47,946 nucleotides of DNA, from the IMG/VR virus record IMGVR_UViG_3300037424_001312, positions 1 to 47,946 of that record. The stretch is one strand, 5' to 3'. The DNA is from a virus (taxonomy: Duplodnaviria > Caudoviricetes). Positions 18,497 through 25,826 of this stretch are shown piece by piece. Under the pieces are notes generated by a model, which was given only the letters and a program-made list of their open reading frames with translations, was not told where the DNA came from and did not search any database. Positions within the stretch are counted from its first letter, which is position 1; the number at the start of each line of letters is the position of its first letter. The position numbers and the translations under genes were made by a program.

Positions 18497-18895
18497 AGTC
18501 TTGACTTTTCTTCCGGACTTTGGTAGGCTGGTGGGTTTGGGTAGGATCTTCATGTGCTTCGCCAGGTACCAGGTACCGCCCTGGCCCCGCGGCCGCTCAA
18601 TTACCTGGACGCCCGACAGCTCGACCTCACGCCAAACGCGGCCCCTCTTACTGAGGTGCGGAGCGCTCTTCTTGGCCGTAGCGTGCCAACCCGGCCGGAA
18701 AGCATAGCCCCTGGTCGGATAGGGCTCAGCCTTCATCCACCTTCCGGGCTCCAGGATCTGGCGCCTGTTGATGAACAACGACCCCATGGTGCCGTCACGG
18801 CGGACCCGGAACAGCTTCCAGGCCCTGGAGGGCAGCTGGTCGGCGTTAATGTGCTCTTCAGGGCATTTATTTGCCAGCCGGGCGGTGGTGGTCAT
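18494..18895 (-). CDS. Hypothetical phage protein (AWKLFRVRRDG...GYAFRPGWH...QGGTWYLA)
   Basis: Coherent 133 aa ORF with ATGA coupling. Confidence 0.6.
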   Translation of the reverse strand: MTTTARLANKCPEEHINADQLPSRAWKLFRVRRDGTMGSLFINRRQILEPGRWMKAEPYPTRGYAFRPGWHATAKKSAPHLSKRGRVWREVELSGVQVIERPRGQGGTWYLAKHMKILPKPTSLPKSGRKVKT

Positions 18896-19128
18896 GGGTG
18901 GTCGTGCGGGCGTGGAATTGGCTTCAGGTAGGTGTCGGGATGCCCCATCTCCAGGCAGTCCTGACTGACGCAGGCGCCCAGGTGGTTGACCTGGATGCTG
19001 CCACAGCCCTCACAGAGGACGACGGGGTACATGTTCTTGGCGGTGTCCTCGGGCATACTGAGATTAGCCAACTCCTGGGAGTCCTTCCCGAAGGTTTCCA
19101 GACTGCACTGGCGGCAGAAGTCAGCCAT
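18892..19128 (-). CDS. Cys-rich protein (MADFCRQC...LCEGCG...GAC)
   Basis: Zn-binding-type pattern. Confidence 0.65.
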   Translation of the reverse strand: MADFCRQCSLETFGKDSQELANLSMPEDTAKNMYPVVLCEGCGSIQVNHLGACVSQDCLEMGHPDTYLKPIPRPHDHP

Positions 19129-19326
19129 CGATTTTCTCTGTGACCTTCTCCTGAGTCTTCAGCCAGCCTTGGAGGGCCTTCACGACCTTCCGGGCCCCGT
19201 CGGCGTGAGCCGGAACTGTCCATTCACATCGGCGTCCATGTTGTCAAGCTTGACCGTGTACTGGAGGATGAACACATCGCCTCGACCGTAACCACTGATG
19301 TTTTTGAACGCGAAAGAGGTTGTCAC
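19121..19326 (-). pseudogene. Small gene with apparent 1-nt deletion at about 19202
   Basis: MTTSFAFKNISGYGRGDVFILQY...FRLTP continues in the -1 frame as DGARKVVKALQGWLKTQEKVTEKIDG*, whose end overlaps the next ATG. Confidence 0.45.
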
Positions 19327-19333
19327 CAGGTCC

Positions 19334-19630
19334 TCACATGAACAACGAGAAAATGAACCCGATGCCCAGCACGATAGCCGAGTTCAGCGCCTGGGTCAGG
19401 GTCTGGGAGGCGAAAGAGAGAGTGGGGCGGTCGTCCTCCCTACTGCCTGTATTCTGGGTGATATAGGCCAACATCATGCCGATACCGAGGGCGGCGACGG
19501 TGCTGAGACCCGGCAGGGCGAAAACCGGGACCACAAACCAGGCCCAGAGCTTCGCGACCACGAAGCCCCGAAGCAAGGAAATGGCGGGGATACCGAGAAA
19601 ACCGAAGAGGAGCTTAAAAAGAGACTTCAT
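19334..19630 (-). CDS. Small multi-TM membrane protein
   Basis: Several hydrophobic segments. Class II motif and GGAGG upstream. Confidence 0.7.
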   Translation of the reverse strand: MKSLFKLLFGFLGIPAISLLRGFVVAKLWAWFVVPVFALPGLSTVAALGIGMMLAYITQNTGSREDDRPTLSFASQTLTQALNSAIVLGIGFIFSLFM

Positions 19631-19672
19631 GGCCGGTGACCTCCGAACTGCGGGTTCACCTACCTATAACGG

Positions 19673-19930
19673 CTAGGCTTCTCCGTCCTCTTCAATTTTC
19701 TTGACCTTGGGATCCGCGGGCACCTTGGAGCCCACCCACTTGGTGGCCACGCTGCCAGTCAGCAGAGCGACCACGATAGCCACAAGACCACCCACAAAAG
19801 TGTCGAATGTGGGAATCAGGGTGGGGTGGGTGGCGGTCTGCATCCAGGCAATGAAGAGGACGGCGACAGCGGCGACCGCGAACCAGAGCTTGCGGGACCT
19901 GTAGCCATTATCGCGGACAATAGGGTTCAT
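19673..19930 (-). CDS. Holin-like two-TM protein
   Basis: MNPIVRDNGYRSRKLWFAVAAVAVLF... with two TM segments and a charged tail. Lies in a late-motif operon. Confidence 0.6.
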   Translation of the reverse strand: MNPIVRDNGYRSRKLWFAVAAVAVLFIAWMQTATHPTLIPTFDTFVGGLVAIVVALLTGSVATKWVGSKVPADPKVKKIEEDGEA

Positions 19931-19934
19931 GGCG

Positions 19935-20300
19935 CTACATCCCCGAGAAGGTCTTCCAGATGACCTCTGCGAACTTGCCGACGAGGATGCCGGCACCACC
20001 GACCACTAGTCCCAGGGCTGTTTTCTTCACCCAGGCCCCGCGGGCCCTACGCTGGTCCTCGCCAGCCTGAAGTAACCTAAGACTTTCCTCGTGGGCTCCG
20101 AACAGCCTCTGTCCGTCGTCTAGGCGGGCGGTGATGCCCCTGAACTGCTCCCTACTCTCACCGAAGCCAGTCTTCACCAGGTCTGTCAAGTGGTCGAACT
20201 TGACCTCTAGACCCTTGATTCGCTCTTTTTCGTGCTCAAGGCCCTGGATCCGGTCCTCGTGGGCTTCGAGCATCTCGCCGGTCAGCTGTAGGGGTGCCAT
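19935..20300 (-). CDS. Coiled-coil protein with C-terminal TM (holin/XhlA-like)
   Basis: Heptad N-terminus and TM ALGLVVGGAGILVG. TAATCTT and GGAGAGG upstream. Confidence 0.5.
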   Translation of the reverse strand: MAPLQLTGEMLEAHEDRIQGLEHEKERIKGLEVKFDHLTDLVKTGFGESREQFRGITARLDDGQRLFGAHEESLRLLQAGEDQRRARGAWVKKTALGLVVGGAGILVGKFAEVIWKTFSGM

Positions 20301-20354
20301 CAGAAAACCTCTCCGACCAAAGATTATGGTCGGCAGTAGGCCGCGGGGCAGTAC

Positions 20355-20612
20355 CTATGGGCGGTCCCGTAGTTGGCAGTAGGCTCCGTGGCAGTACTTA
20401 TGGAGCCAGATCCGCCAGGTCCCGTAGTCGGCAACCTCCTGGCAGCTGGTCCCGCAGATGTAGCAGTGTCCCTGTTCCTGTGTAGCCGTGTAGAAGGCCG
20501 GGGGCGACAGCAGGGGCGGCCGCGGGGGCCGGCTTGGAGGTGTGGGAGACGCCGCCCAGTCGTCGGCCAGTTCGTAGATAGGCGGCGTCTCCCTGGTGTT
20601 CCAGGCGCTCAC
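20355..20612 (-). CDS. Pro-rich Zn-finger-like protein (CYICG...HKYCH)
   Basis: GTG start overlaps the upstream TGA. Confidence 0.45.
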   Translation of the reverse strand: MSAWNTRETPPIYELADDWAASPTPPSRPPRPPLLSPPAFYTATQEQGHCYICGTSCQEVADYGTWRIWLHKYCHGAYCQLRDRP

Positions 20613-20947
20613 TTGCCATCCAGGTCGCCCAGGGCCTGGTCGAAGGCCTCCAGGAGCGCGGGCTCCGCGCACTCCCCGTCGGTCTTCCGGAGGTCGCGAG
20701 CCAGGGCGATGACGGCGTCCTTTTTGGTATCCCGGTCCCGGAGCTGCTTCAGCTGGGCCTTGAGCCACTGGGTCTCAGCCGCCTGCTGGAGGTTGGAGGC
20801 CCGGACCTCCCCGCCCTGGTCGGCGTGCTTCATCTTCTTCTTCTGCCGCTCCTGCTGCTGGGGCCGGGCACGGCGCTGAGGCTTCTGCTGGGGCTTCTGG
20901 GCCGGCAAGTTGACCTTCCCGACGATGACCGCGTTCTGTTCAGACAT
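20609..20947 (-). CDS. Hypothetical protein (MSEQNAVIVGKV...)
   Basis: AGGAG SD before ATG 20947. Confidence 0.6.
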   Translation of the reverse strand: MSEQNAVIVGKVNLPAQKPQQKPQRRARPQQQERQKKKMKHADQGGEVRASNLQQAAETQWLKAQLKQLRDRDTKKDAVIALARDLRKTDGECAEPALLEAFDQALGDLDGK

Positions 20948-21023
20948 GCCGTTCTCCTGGCTGGGGTGGTACAACAAGAAGAGCTACTTCGGGCCCGGTC
21001 TAGGATCCCAGCCCACTATCCGC

Positions 21024-21162
21024 TGGTGCGGCTCCCGGACACCCCTGGTTTGCCGCCCGAAATCTTGCTGTGCCAGTTGTAGGCGTGCATTGACGCCTCG
21101 TTGATTGTGGAAGCAGCTCCAGGGGGTCCTGCTGTTGCTCTGCCAATTGAGCTACGGGAGCC
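21024..21162 (-). ncRNA. tRNA-like structured RNA candidate (acceptor stem and D-arm, long rod in place of anticodon/T arms)
   Basis: 5' GCTCCCG-TA-GCTC AATTGGCA GAGC; 3' CGGGAGC-CGCACCA. Internal stems GACCCCCTGG/CCAGGGGTGTC, GCTGCTT/GGGCGGC and AGGCGT/ACGCCT. Confidence 0.5.
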
Positions 21163-21216
21163 CAGTTGCTTCTGGTACCTTCCACCTCTCTGACACAGCT
21201 ATTCGGTTGTAGTGAC

Positions 21217-21245
21217 CTTCTACCAGAACCATTCCTGACTGTCAA
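21217..21245 (-). promoter_or_regulatory. Sigma70-like promoter upstream of the tRNA-like RNA
   Basis: TTGACA-GTCAGGAATGGTTCTGG-TAGAAG. Confidence 0.55.
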
Positions 21246-21246
21246 G

Positions 21247-21319
21247 TGGAGCCGGTCGGGATCGAACCGACAACCCCCGGCTTGCAAAGCCGGTGCTCTC
21301 CCAGCTGAGCTACGGCCCC
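21247..21319 (-). tRNA. tRNA-Ala(UGC), CCA not encoded
   Basis: GGGGCCG TAGCTCAGCTGGGAGAGC A CCGGC TTTGCAA GCCGG ... GTTCGATCC ... CGGCTCC A. G3:U70 Ala identity pair present. Confidence 0.95.
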
Positions 21320-21346
21320 AAAAGCGGGAGACGACTCGAACCCTTT

Positions 21347-21592
21347 CTAGCTAGCTCCAACGCTGATTTTAAAGGCGTCATTGTTCGTGGGAATGACGAG
21401 CACGAAGACCCGCTCCCGGACATCCACGGACAGCTGGGCTCGAATCAGGGCCTGGATCCAGCCGCACTGATCGGCGTCAATGTAATCGGACTTGATGACC
21501 AGGATCTCCACCCCGGAGCGACCGCTCAGCTTCAGCTTCTTCGCCTGGGCGATGGCTGCCGTGATGTCGCTTCTCTTGATGCGCTTTGTCAT
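21347..21592 (-). CDS. Hypothetical protein
   Basis: Class II motif and AGGAG SD upstream. Confidence 0.6.
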   Translation of the reverse strand: MTKRIKRSDITAAIAQAKKLKLSGRSGVEILVIKSDYIDADQCGWIQALIRAQLSVDVRERVFVLVIPTNNDAFKISVGAS

Positions 21593-21620
21593 GCTCTTTC
21601 TCCTACACTATTTATAACGG

Positions 21621-21902
21621 CTAGTCTCTTTGGAGAACCTCATCGAGATCGATCAACACCTGCTGCCGGTACTGGGGCTTGACGGTGAGCCGTTTCCCCG
21701 TGAAGTCGAGCAGGTCCTTGACCTCCTGACCGCCGCCCCCATAGGTATCCACGATGTCCACCACCAGCCTGGAGCAGGGTAGGATATCCACGGGCTCCGA
21801 ACAGCCCCACTTGACAGCATCCCGAGCAGTCGCGGTACGGGATGTTCCAGAGCCCCAGACGACTCCCTGGTCACGGACAACGGCAGCGTAGTAGGTAGTC
21901 AT
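21621..21902 (-). CDS. Hypothetical protein
   Basis: GGAGG SD, ATGA coupling. Confidence 0.6.
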   Translation of the reverse strand: MTTYYAAVVRDQGVVWGSGTSRTATARDAVKWGCSEPVDILPCSRLVVDIVDTYGGGGQEVKDLLDFTGKRLTVKPQYRQQVLIDLDEVLQRD

Positions 21903-22102
21903 TCATCCTCCCAGTGGCAGTTTTCGTCTTCCGGTGGGTCGTTCACGGGACCGCCTCCACCGTGGGCTTCGGGCTCGTGGTCGGCGGCCAGCACCACCCG
22001 GTTGTCGCAGGTGTCGCAGATGTAGGCCATGCAGCCATCGCACCAGTTCCGGTAGTCGACGAGGTTATCACAGAGCTTGCAGGGATGTGCGTCAGCGGGC
22101 AC
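21899..22102 (-). CDS. Cys-rich Zn-binding protein (three CxxC)
   Basis: CKLC, CDGC, CDTC. Confidence 0.55.
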   Translation of the reverse strand: MPADAHPCKLCDNLVDYRNWCDGCMAYICDTCDNRVVLAADHEPEAHGGGGPVNDPPEDENCHWEDE

Positions 22103-22418
22103 CTGAGGTCTCCTGGGTGATGATGCTGGCGTTGAGACTAGCCCAGATCCGGGGTTCGGTCAAGAGGGCAGCCAGGACTTCTTTCTCTTCAAAGAAGTCG
22201 ACGCTGTCCAGGGTGTCGTCATCCGGTCTCAGGCCCACGGCCACCAGCGGGTCCCGGGGCTGTCTCGCGGGAATCCTCTTGTTGACAGCCGAATCCCGAC
22301 GGCTCTTGTAACACCGCGAGCAGAGATCATGCTGGTCGTCGCTGTGGAGCTTCCTCCTGGCCTTCTTACCGCGGCTCCTGAAGAGAGCTGGTCGTCGGCA
22401 ATCCGTGCAACGTCTCAT
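22092..22418 (-). CDS. Zn-finger protein (CTDC...CSRC)
   Basis: Class II motif and GGAGAG directly upstream. Confidence 0.6.
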   Translation of the reverse strand: MRRCTDCRRPALFRSRGKKARRKLHSDDQHDLCSRCYKSRRDSAVNKRIPARQPRDPLVAVGLRPDDDTLDSVDFFEEKEVLAALLTEPRIWASLNASIITQETSGAR

Positions 22419-22435
22419 GATCTCTCCTATAACGG

Positions 22436-22636
22436 CTAGCCTTTGACGAGCGGAATCCCGTAGATTCTCTTCTGGAGAACATCCCAGGTGTCGGGGTCGG
22501 GGTCGACCAGCTCCAGGACCAGGCCGGTGTCCGTGAGGCGGATAACCACGGCCCCGAAGGCCTTGCCTTGCAGGCGGGTGTTCATCTTCTCCAGTTCCTG
22601 CTTGGCCAGGTTAGCGGCCTCGATATCGATTTTCAC
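22436..22636 (-). CDS. Hypothetical protein
   Basis: GGAGGAG SD, GTG start. Confidence 0.6.
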   Translation of the reverse strand: MKIDIEAANLAKQELEKMNTRLQGKAFGAVVIRLTDTGLVLELVDPDPDTWDVLQKRIYGIPLVKG

Positions 22637-22703
22637 GGGTGCTCCTCCGGCATACAGCCATCACAACGGATTCTCTTTGGGGTTTCTCCTCCTAGATACA
22701 CGA

Positions 22704-22734
22704 AGAGCCGCACAGTGTCAAGACCATGCGACTC
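22704..22734 (-). terminator. Hairpin after the tail tube gene, overlapping a TTGACA-17-TATCTA promoter-like site
   Basis: GAGTCGCATGGT/ACTGTGCGGCTC stem followed by TT. Confidence 0.45.
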
Positions 22735-22754
22735 CAGGTAAATCGGGGGGCTGG

Positions 22755-23231
22755 TTACGGGAGGCTGAGGGCGCCCGGAGACTCGGCGTTGATTGTGGAC
22801 TCGTCATCCAGGAGCAGGCCCATGCCGTTAACCGTCATCTCCACGAGACCCCGGGCGCTGACGTTGGTCGTGTAGCCCGTGGGCCGGAAGCCCCGGACAA
22901 CACCCACGGCCCGACTGGGGTTTTGGCGGTCCACGAGGGTAATAGTCAGGTACTCGTGGTTCATTAGCTGGTCCAGGCTCGGCACCAGGGCCTCCAGGTG
23001 GGCGCCGTGGTCGAAGACCCGCCAGCCGGACAGAGACACGGGGATGGGTTCTTGTGCCACGTAGTCGATCTCCGCGGGACTGTAGCGGCCGAGGATGAAC
23101 GCCGGCTGGGCGTCGTAGGTCAGCCCCAGGGACACGCTGTTGAAGATGCCCACGGGTCTGCTGATGCCGGTAACCGGGTCCATGATGCCGACCTTCGCGC
23201 GTGCACCACTAAAAATCTTCGGAGGAGCCAT
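22755..23231 (-). CDS. Tail tube protein
   Basis: 158 aa directly after the sheath. IFSGARAKV...ILGRYSPAEI pattern of contractile-tail tubes. Confidence 0.8.
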   Translation of the reverse strand: MAPPKIFSGARAKVGIMDPVTGISRPVGIFNSVSLGLTYDAQPAFILGRYSPAEIDYVAQEPIPVSLSGWRVFDHGAHLEALVPSLDQLMNHEYLTITLVDRQNPSRAVGVVRGFRPTGYTTNVSARGLVEMTVNGMGLLLDDESTINAESPGALSLP

Positions 23232-23253
23232 TTTCTTCTTTCCTTACAGGTGT

Positions 23254-25800
23254 TTACGCCGACTGCTGAACGGTCGACACCAGGAAGTTAATGGGGATAA
23301 AGTAGATCAACCCCGCGACCTTGATTTCGGCAGACACATACATCGTGGTCGCGCTGATCTTCACGGTCACGTTCTTGTAGCCCCGTTTGGCGTCATCACT
23401 GGGAGCCAGGACTTTCAGGCGCAGCAGGTCGAGCATGATGGTCTCGAAGCCGGCCTTCGCCAGCGCGGCGTTGACGTCCGCGGTCGACTGACCAACGTAC
23501 ATCTGCTCCATGCGCTGGGCCGCGGTAAGAGCCGCAGTGTCGGACATGTAGACAGCCTGCATGCTGTTGTACACGCTGTCGTTGTCCTTGCCGTAGGTGC
23601 TCTGGTCGCTGACCCAGTGCCAGCCACCGGTCTCGGCCTTGCGGAGGACCAGCATGCCGGCCAGGAGGGCGTTCTCGACGTCGGTGTCATCCTGGTCATC
23701 GAAATCCGCAGCTGCCTGGAGGGCGCCAACCACGTTGGCGAACTTCTTGACGATGCCCCGGTAGAAGCCCGCGGCCTGGAGCGCGGCCGCGTTGACGGCA
23801 CCCATCCAGGGCTGGAACTGCTTGATCGAGCCCTGGGAATCCACCTGGCGGACGTCCTGGAAGGTGCAAAGAACCCGGAAGCTGGCCAGGTTGGCGCTGA
23901 CTTCCTGGGCGGCACTGAACGTACCCTTGAAGCTGAGCACGGCCTGACGGTGCCGCTTGCGCTTCTGGGTGGACATCTTCAGAACGTGGGTACGGGTCGC
24001 GGCGTGGACGCCCGCGACGGTGTACGTGCTGGCGCTGTCGGTCTCATCGTCGGTGATGTCGTCGGTCGCATCCTGACTGAACAGAGGGACCACGAAGTTG
24101 CCGCGGAACTTCTCCAGAGCCAGCAGGGCCGCAGAGACGTCGGAGTCAGCGGTACCACCCTTGGTGCCGCCCTCCAGGTAGGTGGTGACAGTCACGGGCT
24201 GCGGGAGACCGCTAGCCGGGGCCACGACAACGTTGTCCACGTCCTGGACCTGGACGAGCACGGACTCTTCGGCAATCTTCTTCTGGAACTTGTAGCCGTC
24301 GACCTTCAGGCGGCCCGGCTTCTCGCCGAAGCTGGAGCAGACATCCACCGCGGACACATTGTCCAGGGCGGCGCTGGGCAGCTGGCCCAGAATCGCGGTA
24401 CCCACGGAGCAGCTGTAGCCGGTCTTGCTGTTCAGGAAGGTGGCCACGTCCTGGATGGTCGGGAAATCCTTCAGGGTCAGGGTCTGACTGGTACCCGAGC
24501 CGCCGACCACGGTCACGGTCAGCGCGGTGTCCGTGATGGTGACGGTCGCCGTGGTACCCAGGTAGCCGAGCTTCAGGGCGACCTCGCCGCCGGCCACCAG
24601 CTCCTCGGTGACGTTGTCACGCTGACGGTTGGCGTTCAGCTGCACCCGATACTCGGAAGCCGAGGTCAGGAGCTTGGCGGCTCCGGTCTTCGAGACCCAG
24701 GTCACGGCAGTCGTGGTGCCGAGCTGGAACAGGCAGCGCTCCAGGAGGTCAGTGCCAGTGGTCAGCTGAGCGACCTCCAGAGCCTTGCCCTTGCCCTGGA
24801 GCGGGTCCGCGGCGGTCAACGTGACCGTCACGTTGCCGTAGTCGACCAGGTCGTTATCCGCGGTGGCCGAAACAGAGACCGCCAGAACCGCCTCCGGGGC
24901 GGTGATGGTGCCAGGGGTGGGGGCGCCGGCTCCGGCATCCGACAGCTTGGTGCAGTTGATGGTGGAGCTAGTAGCAGTCGTCACCACGTAGGCGCCGATG
25001 TTCTCGTTGCCTGCGCCCTGAATCACGGAACCGCTGGGAATGACCACGGTATCGCCCGCAGTCGGGGTCGCCGTGAAGACGCCGCTGTAGGTGATGAGGA
25101 CGGCGTTACCACTCACGATGGACAGAGCCACGGTGCCGACCGAGTCCTGGATGGTGGACACTTTGGCGCCACCGGCGGCGTCGACACCCGAGAGGGCATC
25201 AGCGGCAGACACGAACTGCGCCGGGGTCCGGTTGGCCGACAGGGACAGAGCCAGGGCGGCGCCACCGTTCACCCGAAGCTCCGCGTTCACGGTGCCGGCA
25301 TTGGGGATGAAGGTGAAGGTGCTGGTGGTCGGGACGACCTCAGCAGTCTCTTCGTCGATGGTGTAGTAGATCAGGTTGCCGAGCTTGCCGTAGCTCTTGT
25401 CCGCCAGGTAGAGGGCGTTGCCGTCCGCATCATCGAGGTCACCGCCACCGTGGATGGTGAGCGCGGACTTGGCCTTACCGCTCTCGTTCGTCTTCACGAG
25501 AACGATACGGCTCGGGGCCCCGGTGATGTTGGGGTCATTACTGGGCGCTGAGGCTGCGTTGAAGGCATCCACCAGGGGGCCAGACTTGAACTTGGAGATG
25601 ACCTCCGCCAGCTGGTCCGAGCCAAAGCTCACGTCCTCTAGGCTATCCTCGGCGTCGAAGCGGGCACCCGCATCAGCTTCGCCGACCAGCATGACGATAC
25701 CGACCGTGCTGAGACCGGAGTTCGCCGCCTGGGTCTTCCAGGTGGGGTAGGCACCGGGGATGATGAGGGTTCCGCTGTCCGTCGTTACGCTCTGGGCCAT
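23254..25800 (-). CDS. Contractile tail sheath protein (848 aa)
   Basis: N-terminal IIPGAY...VMLVGEADAG...FKSGPLVDA. C-terminal ALLAGMLVL...WVSDQSTY...MYVGQ...IYFIPINF. Late motif and GGAG SD. Confidence 0.9.
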   Translation of the reverse strand: MAQSVTTDSGTLIIPGAYPTWKTQAANSGLSTVGIVMLVGEADAGARFDAEDSLEDVSFGSDQLAEVISKFKSGPLVDAFNAASAPSNDPNITGAPSRIVLVKTNESGKAKSALTIHGGGDLDDADGNALYLADKSYGKLGNLIYYTIDEETAEVVPTTSTFTFIPNAGTVNAELRVNGGAALALSLSANRTPAQFVSAADALSGVDAAGGAKVSTIQDSVGTVALSIVSGNAVLITYSGVFTATPTAGDTVVIPSGSVIQGAGNENIGAYVVTTATSSTINCTKLSDAGAGAPTPGTITAPEAVLAVSVSATADNDLVDYGNVTVTLTAADPLQGKGKALEVAQLTTGTDLLERCLFQLGTTTAVTWVSKTGAAKLLTSASEYRVQLNANRQRDNVTEELVAGGEVALKLGYLGTTATVTITDTALTVTVVGGSGTSQTLTLKDFPTIQDVATFLNSKTGYSCSVGTAILGQLPSAALDNVSAVDVCSSFGEKPGRLKVDGYKFQKKIAEESVLVQVQDVDNVVVAPASGLPQPVTVTTYLEGGTKGGTADSDVSAALLALEKFRGNFVVPLFSQDATDDITDDETDSASTYTVAGVHAATRTHVLKMSTQKRKRHRQAVLSFKGTFSAAQEVSANLASFRVLCTFQDVRQVDSQGSIKQFQPWMGAVNAAALQAAGFYRGIVKKFANVVGALQAAADFDDQDDTDVENALLAGMLVLRKAETGGWHWVSDQSTYGKDNDSVYNSMQAVYMSDTAALTAAQRMEQMYVGQSTADVNAALAKAGFETIMLDLLRLKVLAPSDDAKRGYKNVTVKISATTMYVSAEIKVAGLIYFIPINFLVSTVQQSA

Positions 25801-25826
25801 TGTTCAGTCTCCAACTGCGGAAAAGA

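Noticed and set aside
20328-20433. CRISPR mini-array or DGR template/variable repeat
   Set aside because: Only two degenerate units with no unique spacers. Differences are not adenine-specific, and no reverse transcriptase is in the window.
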